Shown here one piece after another: positions 1-12,800 of a stretch of 64,000 nt of DNA. Source of the DNA: Pseudovirgaria hyperparasitica (taxonomy: Eukaryota); assembly GCA_010093815.1 (NCBI GenBank), contig ML996571.1. One strand, given 5' to 3'. Below the pieces are notes generated by a model that was given only the letters and a program-made list of their open reading frames with translations, did no database searches and was not told where the DNA came from. The translations under genes and the position numbers were made by a program. Positions within the stretch are counted from its first letter, which is position 1. Each line of letters opens with the position of its first letter.

Positions 1-570
1 ACTTACCGTCCGTGCGTCTACTTTAATTTAGCCCTATACCTCCTTAGGCCTTAGCCCTATATCTCCTTAGGTCTTAGACCTATTATTAAGTATATAGAAG
101 AAAGGGTTTAGTTCTTCGATTAAGGACTATTTTTATATTAATCTATCTCTTACCGGGTACTTCTTAGTTAATAGGGTACCTATTATCGCGTACGCTAGGA
201 CCATTTACTTATCTATTAAGAGTACGTGAATAAGAGTTATTTATATATTTTTAGAGTCGTACGTAAATAGATATTCGTATATTATAGATGTTCTATTTAC
301 GATATCTTATTTACGAAGGTCTATTTATAATTTTAAGAGTCCCGAGTATAAAGGTATAGTTTTCCTTCTATTTTCCTAGACCTTAATAATCTCGTCCTTC
401 TCTATTATAAGATTAGATTCTCTCTCTTTATCTAGTCGGAGTCTAGTTACTAACGCTTAGGTTCTATAGATAAATAATATTATCTACTACTAGGGCTACG
501 CCCTAGCTAGTAAAGACTATACTAACTAAGCGGTAAGTATTAGACTCTATATTATTTATATCGGGCTCCG
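1..570. mobile_element. Unclassified RIPed repeat relic into which LTR element A1 inserted; contains a 23-bp tandem repeat (ttagccctatacctccttaggcc, about 28-80)
   Basis: RIP-type composition; no diagnostic motif recognised. Confidence 0.4.
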
Positions 571-810
571 TGTTAGGGCTGACACTAGGATAGACTTAAG
601 TAGACTACTATGGTCTAGTACGGTCCGTAACAGGTGGACCTAGGTTAAGCTAGCTAGAATAAGTAAGACTACTATATAAGTAGGCCGTATATACTTAATT
701 TCTACTCTTTAGAAATTAACCTCGTTAGAAGAGTAGACTACCCTTTTAAATATATTCCCGAATCCTTCTATAACCTATTAGACTACTATTCTACGTCTAT
801 AATCCTTATA
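571..810 (+). repeat. LTR family A, copy 1 (240 bp)
   Basis: Starts TGTTAGGGCT, ends aatccttata (RIPed ...CA); near-identical to 4347-4586 and 24171-24410. Confidence 0.92.
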
Positions 811-2914
811 TTTTAATTCCTCTTTATATAGCACGATGGTAGTTTATAGAAATAGCTCTAACTACTCGTTATAATACTCGTGGCACCGCCTCTTATAGTA
901 GATCTTCTTCTAACCTAAACGAGGAGAATAGTCTATCTATAACTACCCCTACTAATAACTATATCTTATAGGCTATTATACTGATAACTCGTATAATATT
1001 CTATATAACTATAGAAGATATTATAGAATACGAGGATAGAGTCTATTATACTCTATCTTGGTCTAGTTTAAACTATACTAGACCTAACCTTAATATAAGG
1101 CTAGACCTTATTAATATTAATAAGTTAATCTATTAGAATCGCCTAATATTAACTATATCTTATAACGACGTATATACTAGACTACACGAAGAGAGGTAAT
1201 AATAGATTTAACTCGAGTAATAACTACGCGAACTCGACGAAGCTTAAGGACGTACTATAAGACTTAAAGCTATATTATACGCTTTAGTTCTAGTAACGAC
1301 TAATCTATATTTATATAGACCTATACTAACTAAAACGATCTATTCTAGTCTACTACTATCCTAATTACCCCGACCTAAGAAACTACCTTACTTTAATAGT
1401 AAAAGTAGAAAGAGTTTCTATATATAGGCTTACTAATATAGCCGATTATTCTATCTATTTACGAACGATAGCGATAAAATTAGATTCGCCTAGAACTACC
1501 TTAACCCGACGCCTTTAGAACGTTAGATAGTATACTAAATCGAATATTCTAAGGATACCTATAACTAGGACACGTTCACTAAATTTCTTCTCTAATATTT
1601 TAGTAATAGAGCTAAATAACGCGACTAGACCTAGGGCTATATCTTCGAGACTCGATAACGAGATAATTAGTTACTATTATAACTTCTTAAATACCTTCGG
1701 CCCCTCTAGAGAGAAGCCGAAGAAGATTATATAATTTAATAGTATAATAACTTTAAACGGTCCCTTATTCTAAATATAAAGGACTATCTCGATCTTATAA
1801 TAATAATCCCTATAGATCTCTAAGCTCTTATAAACCTTACGGAGCGATACTAGTATATAATAAATAATTAACGCCGCGCTAGTATATAACTATCCCTTAT
1901 AATCTAATCTAATATAAAATTATCTAACTAAAACCGATTTAGTAATAGATCTCGCGGGATATTATAAGGCTACTACTATATCTTAAATTTAAAACCACGC
2001 GGATTATATTATAGATCTCCCTACTAATTAATATATTAGGATATAAGAACTAACTCGTATAAATAATCTAAAGTTACTTACTATACCTATAGTAGAATAG
2101 ACTATATAGTATCTAAGTACCGTTCGGGGAAGCTACCGAGTGCTAATATAACTAACTAACTAGTTATATACTATAAGTACTAGTAGCTAGAACATATCGC
2201 GCCTAACTATCTAGTATAGAATATAAAAAACTAATAGCCTATAAGAAACCCTTATAACTTATAGACGCGACTATAATAGAGGGGTAATCCGCTAAATAGT
2301 ATATTCAACTATAGACTAGACCTATTAAGGTCCCTTATAGATAATATTAGACTATAATACTTAATAGTAGGTTAGCTACTAACGTTATATTAATCTAACG
2401 AGTATAAGAACTTAACGCCGATATCTAAGCTCTAATAGGTACTATATTCTATAGTATTAACGGTTCTATTAAGTTATATAGTATCTATACTATTAAATAT
2501 AGTATCTAGAATAGCGGAGAGAAATAGAAACTCTACTACTTAACCTTTATCGTGGTAGATAGTCCCTTTAATATAATTCTAGGTATACCGTGGCTTAAGA
2601 AATATAACCTAAAACTAGACTTCCTTAAGAAGATAGCTAGCTAGCGTATAAACCTACCTTAATAGGAACTAGTATAGCTTATTAATAATAAATAATTCTA
2701 GAAAGATTATAAGAAGGCGATCTCTACTATCTATATACTCTTACTTATATAAAATGGCGAGCTTAGTATTAAAGTAGACGAAAACCTACTATATTAGTAT
2801 AAAATATACTAATATATTACGTTAGCGATCGATTCCTCCGAACTACCTTAATACTAATCTACCGACCTTACTATTAATCTTAAAGACGGCTAGTAACCTC
2901 TATATAGACCTATC
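571..2914 (+). mobile_element. Ty3/gypsy family A copy 1 (5' LTR, gag, protease; broken off before RT by insertion of B)
   Basis: Colinear with 4347-5306 plus 16745-18134; homology stops at tatc|tattagg (2914/2915). Confidence 0.9.
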
Positions 2915-4346
2915 TATTAGGACTTAGCCTTAGGTAGAACCTAATCTACACGTACCTTAGCTAACAGGGTTAGAAGGTAACGTGAAGGGCGGTAAATAGT
3001 TACGTGCTAGATAGATTAGCGTCCCTTTATATATATACTCTTAGATTCCTACTAAAAGGGTTCGGTAGTAATTCGTTCTATAATAGAATACACCCTATTA
3101 TTCTATCTAACTATACTACTATCTAATAACCCTATTCTTATATTTAAATTACTCTCTATATAGTACTATAGTTAAGATAGTCTAACTAGAACCGAGAAGG
3201 TCGACACGATCTACTATAGGGATAAGTAATACTATATTAAATAATAGGGATCCTCTATAATCGGTATTAATCCCGGCCGTTTCTAACTAAGAAGTAGAAA
3301 TATTAGACTAAATCACGGAGCTTTTAGACGAAGAAATAGTAGATACACTAAGTAACTTCTAATAATATAAAGCCGGATAACGAGTCATGGCGGAGCTACG
3401 CGAGGTATTATAATAAACTATCGCTGAACTTTAGGAATACATCATGAATTAGACTTAAGAGATTTAAACCCTTAAAGAATAGGTAGAACGCACGAAACTC
3501 CTTATAAAGAGATAAGAACTTAAGGAGTCTCTTAAAGAACTATACTAAACGATAGTAGATAGACGACTTCCTATACTAATTCAGGCGGAATTAGTTCACC
3601 TACCATTAGAGTTATAATAATCTACCGTATACCCGGCCGCTTCGTTACCGATTTACTCTACTCCTTCCCTAGGTATACTAAAATCTAAAGACCCGACTAT
3701 ATTTATAGAGAAGAACTAAAAGGAGTAGAAAGACTAGAAGAGAGACTACGAAAAGTACTTCCTTAATAACCCTCTACTCTTTTCTACTAAAGTATAACGC
3801 ATTTTATTCGGAGAATAATACCTAGACTTATAATCCCGCGATTAATAGGATAGATAGAAGGAAGTATAGCTACTATCTATGATAATCTAGAAATATTTAG
3901 CTATATTTATACTAAATACCCTCGGAACGGATAGAGAACGTAAAAGAAAGGTACTATCTAAGTTAAGAAGCGTGGTATAACGACTAAACTAGACACCTAC
4001 TTAACTACTATAATACCTCTAAAACCTATAGAATAATATCCCTACGCTATAGAAAAATATTTATATATTCTAGTTTTATAAAGTACTACTTCCGTTAATC
4101 CATAAAAGACTAGGAATAGTATTATTAAGTTTTAACTATCTATATGAATTAGAGGAGAAAGCTAATAAATACTACCGTATCCTTAAGGAACGTGGCTCTC
4201 TAGGTAAAACCGACGAACCCTATACGGGTTAGAAACGAGGTCGATCGAATACGTTTAATTAAGAGTAACCTTACTATAATTAGCGCTAGAAGAGCGTAAA
4301 TCGGGGTAGAAACGCGTTAAGAGGATACTAAAATAATCGAGGCGGT
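2915..4346 (+). mobile_element. Truncated LTR element B (putative LTR about 2915-3128 plus gag-like region)
   Basis: Begins tattagg (RIPed TGTTAGG) exactly where A1 homology stops; TATA-like box; ends ctaata (RIPed CTAACA); followed by RIP-interrupted coding-like sequence ending in an RG-rich stretch; cut by LTR A at 4347. Confidence 0.6.
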
Positions 4347-4586
4347 TGTTAGGGCTGACACTAGGATAGACTTAACTAGAATACTATGGTCTAGTACGGT
4401 CCGTGATAGGTGGACCTAGGGTAAGCTAGCTAGAATAAGCGAGACTACTATATAAGTAGGCCGTATATACTTAATTTCTACTCTTTAGAAATTAACCTTA
4501 TTAGAAGAGTAGACTACCCTTTTAAATATATTCCCGAATCCTCCTATAATCTATTAGACTACTATCCTATATCTATAATCCTTATA
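4347..4586 (+). repeat. LTR family A, copy 2 (5' LTR)
   Basis: Direct repeat of 571-810; followed by ttaatttct, complementary to agaaattaa inside the LTR (Tf1-type self-priming PBS). Confidence 0.92.
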
Positions 4587-5306
4587 TTTTAATTTCTCTT
4601 TATATAGTACGATAGTAGTTTATAGAAATAGCTCTAACTACTCGTTATAATACTCGTGGCACCGCCTCTTATAGTAGACCTTCTCCTAACCTAAATAAGG
4701 AGAATAGTCTATCTATAACTACCCCTACTAATAACTATATCTTATAGGCTATCGTACCGATAACTCGTATAATATTCTATATAACTATAGAAGATATTAT
4801 AGAACACGAGGATAGAGTCTATTATACTCTATCTTAGTCTAGTTTAAACTATACTAGACCTAACCTTAATATAAGGCTAGACCTTATTAATATTAACGAG
4901 TTAATCCGTTAGAATCGCCTAACGTTAACTATACCTTATAATAATATATATACTAGACTATACGAAGAGAGATAATAATAGATTTAACTTAAGTAATAAC
5001 TACGCGAACTCGACGAAGCTTAAGGATATACTATAAGACTTAAAGCTATATTACGCGCTTTAGTTCTAGTAACGACTAATCTATATTTATATAGACCTAT
5101 ACTAACTAAAACGATCTATCCTAGTCTACTACTATCCTAATTACCCCGACCTAAGAAACTACCTTACTTTAATAGTAAAAGTAGAAAGAGTTTCTACGTA
5201 TAGGCTTACTAATATAGCCGATTCTTCTATCTATTCACGAATAATAGTAATAAAATTAGATTCGCCTAGAACTACCTCGACCCAACGCCTTTAGAACGTT
5301 AGATAG

Positions 5307-5678
5307 AATGGTAAGCCATCGCTACGTGTGTCCCTTTTGTAAATGGCTGTGTTCCTAGTATAGTAGTCGCGACGAACTTATAAGTATCTCTCCTAGGTAT
5401 TATAAGTTCTCTTTAAACGCACGACTTCTTATTAGTTCTCTTTTATAATAGGACGGGTCTATATAATACTCTTAATCAATTCTTTAATAGCTAAGCCTAA
5501 TAATTAATACCTATAGAGGCCCATGAACGTAAGGAAAGGTCGAATAGTCGAATATTAGTAATAGGGGAAGCGCGCCAAGTAGAATGACTAAGGAAAACGC
5601 CCTCCTTAAATATATAATAAAGCTATATAATCGAGCTAGGGACACATATATATAGGGCTGTAGGAGCGGCCTTCCACA
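5307..5678 (-). repeat. 3' LTR of element C
   Basis: Direct repeat of 16373-16744; on the minus strand it starts TGTGGAAGG. Confidence 0.93.
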
Positions 5679-5879
5679 TATACCTCCCCGGCCTATAGAA
5701 CTACTACCCTTAGTAGTATAGTAACCGTATAAGAAACTATATAAAGAACGCCTAAAAGAAAGACCTTAATACGAATAAAATGCGCCCCTAGTAAACCTCT
5801 CGGCGCGGGTAAACCTTAGCCCGGATTATTAGTTAAGGGTAGCCCTTAACTAATAATTAGGTAGGTTTTTAGGCGCCTA

Positions 5880-8819
5880 ATCTTAGTACTTAAGGTCGCG
5901 AGCCAGCTCCTAAAGAATTATATCGCTTATCTTAGAGAGGTTAGATTCCTCCTTATCGGATAGTTCGTTAGGCCTCTTCTATCTATAGAAGTTCTCTTTA
6001 ATATTATCTAGGCCCGCGTCGGACTCGAATTTCTTAAAATTAATTAGCCGCTTAGCGGCGCGCGCCTCGTTAAATTCCTTCTAGAACGACCTATCCCTAT
6101 AGACTAGCCTTTCCTACCTTACTATTTTCTTAAAGGTCTCTATAAATACCCTCGAGCCCTCCTTAAACCAGGCGTCTACCTTAGCTTTAAGTTATTAAGG
6201 ACTTGCGTTAAGCTACATAGCTACCTCTTCTTTTACCTCCTAGCTATCCTATCTTTTACGGCCGACTAATACGTTACTAACGGCGTTAAAACTCGGGAGT
6301 TAAACTACGGCTAGGAAGGTAAAAGGAATCGCGCTATATTTATTAGAAAATCCTAATAGAGACGTGGGTCCCGGAGTTAAATTCCTATGAGCTACTACGA
6401 GTTATTCCTATGTACCTATTTTAGGTACTTCCATTATCATGTAATTAGGGCTAATCGCGATATACCATGGAAGCATTATGCGTCTTCCACCCTTTACGGG
6501 ACCCTAGGCGCCGTATATTATTAGTAGGCTAGAGATACGCACTTTAAGGGACTAGTAGGGGACCGGGACAAAGGGACTAAATCGTTTCTTATTATCCGTA
6601 TTATAGATCTTATCGTTAATAGCCGTGATTATACCGTTTTGATTAACCCTCTCGCGGAGCTTAGCCTTCGACTACCATTCATTTAAGAACTTATAGAAGC
6701 GGGGAATAATTATAGTATAGTCGTTACTTCGTTCGTCGTCGAGACTAATACTCCCCTAGATTATATTAAACCCGTGTCTATCGCTAGAATCGAGGATTCG
6801 ATTAATGGCGTTATTAAGATACTTAAAACCCGTCTTATCGCCCCTATCCTAGGACTTCGTATAGTACGGGTACGAGATTAGATAGTAGTTAAGATCGGGC
6901 CGAAGAGCGATATAGGTAAGCTAGTAAAGTAGGCATTACCTAATAAACTATTAGATATAGGAGTAGTATATAGTTCGTAGCCAGCCATAGTTCAATTTCT
7001 TATTAAACATACGCTAGTAGTACTTATATATATTAAATTCATCCCTCGCGAGTTCTAGAATACTCTTATTAAGTATAGAGGTTGTCTTTTTAAGTGGCTC
7101 GAAGAGCCCTTTAATATTAATACTTCTAGTACGTTCCCACTCGTCAAAGAGTTACCTACCTATCCTACCATCCTCCTTCTAAATCATAAATACAATACTA
7201 GTAAGGATGGTTTTAATATTAATAACTTACTTCGGGGTCTCTAGGGCCTAGTAATAATAGATACCTAATACCTCTATCGGATAAGGTGGCCGCGTATACT
7301 TCGCGAACTAGGTATAGCGGTCCTTATAAACTTTAAGAGCCCCTACGTTATCTCTAAACTCATATACTATTTTAAGTCTCGCTACTAGGTTTAAGTAGGA
7401 CACGCTAACGAGTATATTATTCTTTCTAGCCACGTCTTAGTAATACTTATAGTAGACTTTATATAGAATAGCTATATTACCTATCTACGCTTTCTAGTGT
7501 ACTAGTAGAGCCATTCCCTTAATACTCGTAAAATTCTTCTTTAATAATATAGCTATCTTAAAAGTCTTCGTTACTAAAGGCGCGTATTAATACTTCTTAG
7601 GCTTATCCTCTTCCTCGACTAATACTATTATCTTAGAGTATAAACTAAGAATAACCGGGGATTATCGTGTAGGCGCCCCTAGTAATTACTAAGGGCTAGT
7701 AGATAAGGCACGTCCGCGAGTGGGTTTTATCGGCGTGGCTATAACGGGTACTAAAGAGGTTCTTACATGGCCCGGTAAGGGACGTATACTAGTAGTAGTA
7801 GAAGGAATACTTACTTCGAACGGACGACTAGCTTTAAAGAGACGACGTACTACTAAACTAGAAGGCGTGCTTCGTGGAGGGGACTTTACCGTAGGCGTTA
7901 CCTACGCTAGTTTTAGCGACGGTAAGGTCTAAGGCGGAGGCGATATACTTATCTCTTTGATTTATAGGTAGTATTCGACGGGCCTATAAACCATTCTACT
8001 TATCCGTGACTATTAACTAGCGGGAATAATAAGTCCTGTCTTATTATGGAACGTTAGTTTATTTTATCGGCTAGGGTAGTTCGAGAGTTACTAGAGAGAT
8101 AGACCGTCCTCGTTACTATCGCTGGCTAGAGCGGCATTAATATTAGAGCTCTAAAGATATACCTTAATTCCCCTTCCCTTCTATCCCTAGCCGATTCGGG
8201 ACTATAGGGATACGTTTAACTAGTTCCTCGCTCTCGCCCATATCCGCATTCGTGAGAGCGCTACTAGCTTTTCTATAAAGTTCTATATTTACTAGAGCTG
8301 TCTAAGGGCGGATTAGAGTAACTAGCCGTTATTATTAGAGAGGTCTTTTCGCTAGTTTTATAGAATCGCATTTTTAGCTTTTAGGATGCGGGAGTTAGTA
8401 TCTCTTCCACGACGAATTATCTTATAGACTTCTTTCGGAATAGAGGAGTTAATCTTTACCTTACTATACCCTATTACGGCTCCTACTTCCTAGAAGAGGT
8501 TAACTATACTACTTAAGAGCTATTCTACGAGGCTAGTAATATAAAGGAGATTATTAAACGTATCTAGAATATAGTCCTATCGCTCTTACGGGTCCTAGAT
8601 AGCGATAATTTAGTTAATAGTAGACTTATTTACTTCTATAGCTTCTATAGCCTATCTATACGGAGTAGTAGATGGCCTTAATACTATAATAGCCGTCGAT
8701 AGCCCTACTTTAGTACTTATAACTCTTAACTAGAACCGCGTCTATCTTATTAGTACTTAACGATCTTATAACTCTTCACGGGTAGGCGTTTTCTTTTTTA
8801 GCGGGGCTATTATTATTAT
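5880..8819 (-). pseudogene. RIP-inactivated extra ORF (about 980 codons) of element C with a C-terminal PhyH-like 2OG-Fe(II) dioxygenase domain
   Basis: One continuous frame from about 8819 to 6115 in which every stop I read is TAA/TAG (RIP-derivable); motifs GWLR, ALRPD, ISYPYY, GFK(H)L(D), I(Q)GSISLDDE, IIPRF(H)K, VP(C), I(H)GA.GP, RR.MLPW. Confidence 0.75.
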
Positions 8820-9829
8820 CGGTTCTATCGGTAAGTTACGTTCTAAGAAGAGGTAGTTAAGCGAGGCGGAAGTAGAGGAGGAGGTTTTATTAATTAAGGA
8901 GGTATAGAGAGGTGTAAGAGGGAAGAGTTATATACTATCTTAAGTTCTCTTTTTATGCCTCCTCGAATGCCGGGTATATAGTGATTTTTATAAATAATCC
9001 TTACTAACGGCCGTAGGCCCGTATACGTGTCGAATCTATGAATGAATATATACTAGGTATATAGAAAATCTATAAATAAATGTGTCTACCGGGTATATAG
9101 CGGAATCTATAAATGAATAGATACTAGGTATATTCTTATCCTTATAAGACTTTCTATAAGTATCTTTTTCTTCTATACCTTCTCCTTCTTTTCTTTCTTA
9201 TTAGTTTCTAACGGGGCCCGTTCTATAGTAACGAAATAGGCCTTTAATGGGTGGGCTTCGATTACACGACCGGCTTTAATATATAGTAGGTGGAATTCGC
9301 GTAAACGCCATTATGTCTTCTTTTAAGCATTGCTTACTTTAATAATAAGTTTTATTATTTTATAGTAATAATAGGGTTTATCATCCTCTTTTAATAATAG
9401 AGTTTATCGTTCTTTTTTAATGATGGAGTTCATTATCATGAGACTACTTTTATAAGTATCCCTTCCCTCCTTAAAAAAACTTCTATCCCCTAGAAGGAGA
9501 TGTTAATTCTAGGGAAACGTAAATATTCTTCTCTATTAAAGTCTTACGGAGTAGGAATTACCACTTCCATCCGGGTTCGTGTAGCGTCATCGAGGTGTTC
9601 CGTGAGTTATTTATAATAGTTTTCCTTATTACTACTCTCCTTATTTTCCTTGGTAATTCTTCCGATTAGTAGTCGCGAGGGCTCGTTATAACTCTCGTTA
9701 CTTATATTTCTTATAAAATATTTCTTTAATCTATGGCTAGGAAACGTCCCTCTAAGTATAGCTCTATTAAGCTCCGCGAGCTTATAAGTATAATTAAATA
9801 TAGACTAGATTCTATATGGCCCCCTCTAA

Positions 9830-12800
9830 TACTACCTTAGCTTCCGCCCTATATTCTTCTATTACTATAAGTTATATAGAAGGATAATCATGTTAACTAG
9901 TAACGACTCTTAACGAAGGTAATAGTCGTTATTCTATACCTCTCTCGATTTCTTACGCGTTTATATCGCGTAGGCATGGGCCTCCTTAAGATCCTCGGAT
10001 CTTCTCTTAAGTTATCTAGCTCGAAGAGTAAGTAAGTCGGACGTCGATCGCACCTCGTTCTAAGGGAGTATTCGGAGCGACTCGAATTCGACTTTAATAG
10101 GTATGATTAGTTTATGGCCGAGCACGAGGTATACGGTACTATACCCTATACTAGTACGTGTCGTTATTCTATCTACCTAGACGACCGCATGGAGGTAGCT
10201 AGGCTAGTTCTTAAATCCGCTATTAGTTATCTTCGCGAGAGCATTAGCGAGTAGTATAAAACTTCTCTTAATAATTCTATTTACTTAGGGATTATACATA
10301 GATATAACCTTCTAATAAATTCTATAGAGTCGGAGGAGCTCCTCTATAGTACCTATATTTTCTCTACTACTATTATAGGTAATTTTAGGAATAATTCTAT
10401 ATCTATAGATTACGTTCTTAAAGAGGAACTTTACGACGACTATGGATGTGGCTACCGTATATGCCTCCGCCTTAGTCCATCCGCTTAGCTATTCTTATAT
10501 AGATACTACTTTACTATACCCTATAGAAGGTAGTAGCGTCGTTACGTCTAAGTATATTCTTTACTAAAGAATAGGCGTTATAACGTGGTAGAGCCCTTTA
10601 TTAAGACTTCTAAGGAGTTTACTTCGTTATTAATATTCGTTATAGGTTTTCACGTGCTATCGCACGTCTCTATATATACCTATCTACTAATACTTATCCT
10701 TAATCCTTCCAAGGGTCCCTTCGCTATCTCTATAATCTATCTCATCGTGAGTGGCGGTAATTATACGCGCCCTAGTATTCGGATCCTTAATTACTTATAT
10801 ATATTAGCGATACCTATCTTCTCTCTACTAGAGTATTTAGTTACGTACGAGGAACTTTAGATAGTTAGTTATAAAGGTCTTATACGCTTGGTTAGTTAGA
10901 TCGGTTAGCCTCTTAAGTATAGTAAGGTACTTCGTAATCCTCTACTATTTATCGCTATATTTATCTATTAAGGGAGACTTAATGGCGGTATAGTCGAGTA
11001 TCCCTATCGTGTAATCTCTCCCGCTAATAGGCTTAATTAATAACGTCTCTAGCACGTCTATATATAGAGCCATATCCACGAACTCGTCTAGATTAAAGGT
11101 AGGGACGTCTAGTGGTTCTTCTCCTTCGTATATCCGTAAGATACTATCGGCGACTACGTTACGCTTTCTAGGTACGTGTCTAACTATAAAGTTCTATAGC
11201 TAAATCCACGCGAGCTACCTAGTAACGAGCGCCCCTAGTAAGTTAGTTACGGTACGGTTAATTTAAGCGACTAGAGTATTCGCGTCTATTTCCATAATAA
11301 AGTGCGTACTATAGAGGTATTACTAGAACTTCTATAACGCGTAGAGGAGGGCTCGGTACTCTAGCTTCACGGTATCGTAGTTTCTCTTAGCTTTTAACTA
11401 TATTTCTCTATTATACCGCGATAGCTAATATTTATAATTCTTATTCTCCTATATTAACGTAGCTCCCTACCTAACGTTACTAGAGTCTACTACTAGGATT
11501 ATATCTCCTATACCTATTCTATACCGTAACGTTATTAGTACGGGAGTAGTAGTTAGAGCTATCTTTAGCGCGTCTATCAAGGTCTACTCCTTAGCTATCT
11601 ACTACTAGGCTAATTTATTCTTTAATAGTATAAATAGCGGTAATGCGATAATAGCGTACCCGGGGATCTATATCCGGAAATATATATAAACGCTAAGGAA
11701 GGCTCGCACATTTATCGTGTTTTTATAGGGTTTCTAGTCTCTAATAGTAGTAACCTTTTTATTACTCGGTCGCCTCCCTTTAATGTCGTAGACGTATCCT
11801 ATAACGTTAGCGGCTTTAATATACTACTAAGTCTTCTTACTACTTAGGGCGTATCTAGCGCGCTCTATATCCGCGAGAACCTTATCCACGTTAATTAAAT
11901 ATTCTAGGATATACCTACGAATTCTAGGCAGGGCCTCCTTAGAGTTATATTTCGTCATGGGTCCTTTAATGCCTAAGTTATCTAGGAATGGTAGAGCCCT
12001 CTTCGGGATGTGTTCTTATATAATAGTTAATATAATCCTAACGAACTAAGCTACTAAATTAGTAGCCCCTTAAGGTAATATTATCCTATATAGTAATTCT
12101 AGGGGCGTTATAAACCCCGTTAAGTCTTAGTAATACTCTACTAATAGAATCTAATCGTATCCTAAGAAGAAGTCGGTAAACGTTAAGACGGCTATCCCCG
12201 TAAAGTACTCCGAGAACTCTTTATATAAGGGCGGCGTGGCCGCATTACGAATAGTAACTTAGTTAATTTCTATCGCCGAATTAATTAACCTATAATCTCG
12301 TTCCTTATTGGCTTCCTTCTTCTTTTCTACGAGAAAATAGGCGTTTCGATAAGGACTACTATAGGGCTCGAGCCTTCCGCTATTAAGACGCTCTTTTAGA
12401 ATTATAAGTACCTTCCTATAAAGGGCTCTAGGAATATTAAAGTTCTTAGTCTACTATACCTTATATTCTACTATTCGGATCTCCTACGGAGGTACCATCT
12501 CTTCGTTAAATTTACTAAGGTATAAGAATTTCTATACTAGTACTTTCTCACGATATAATAAGATTATATATAGTAACTTAAGTTCCGCGGGACGTAGCTC
12601 TATTCTAATCTTTAGCTAACTTATACGTAGAGATGTTAGACGTGTTCCTAGCGGGATAGTTACCCTTTAAGGCTCTATTAGCCTATTAAACGCGTTAAGG
12701 CCTAGGTAGACGGCTAGAAGAAGTACCTACTATGCGATTGCTCGTTTACGCTAGTCTAGATACCCTAATAGATTTCTAGGAACCTTTCGGTGGGCTTTAG

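Noticed and set aside
5822..5860. Hammerhead ribozyme (ctaataa could be RIPed CTGATGA)
   Set aside because: The motif is sequestered in the perfect hairpin, and no stem II/GAAA core follows in either copy
7179..7230. Apparent GTAAGT...TTAG intron in the dioxygenase ORF
   Set aside because: The same frame reads through the segment with only RIP-type stops; the donor is most likely a RIP artefact (AAG CAA GTT)
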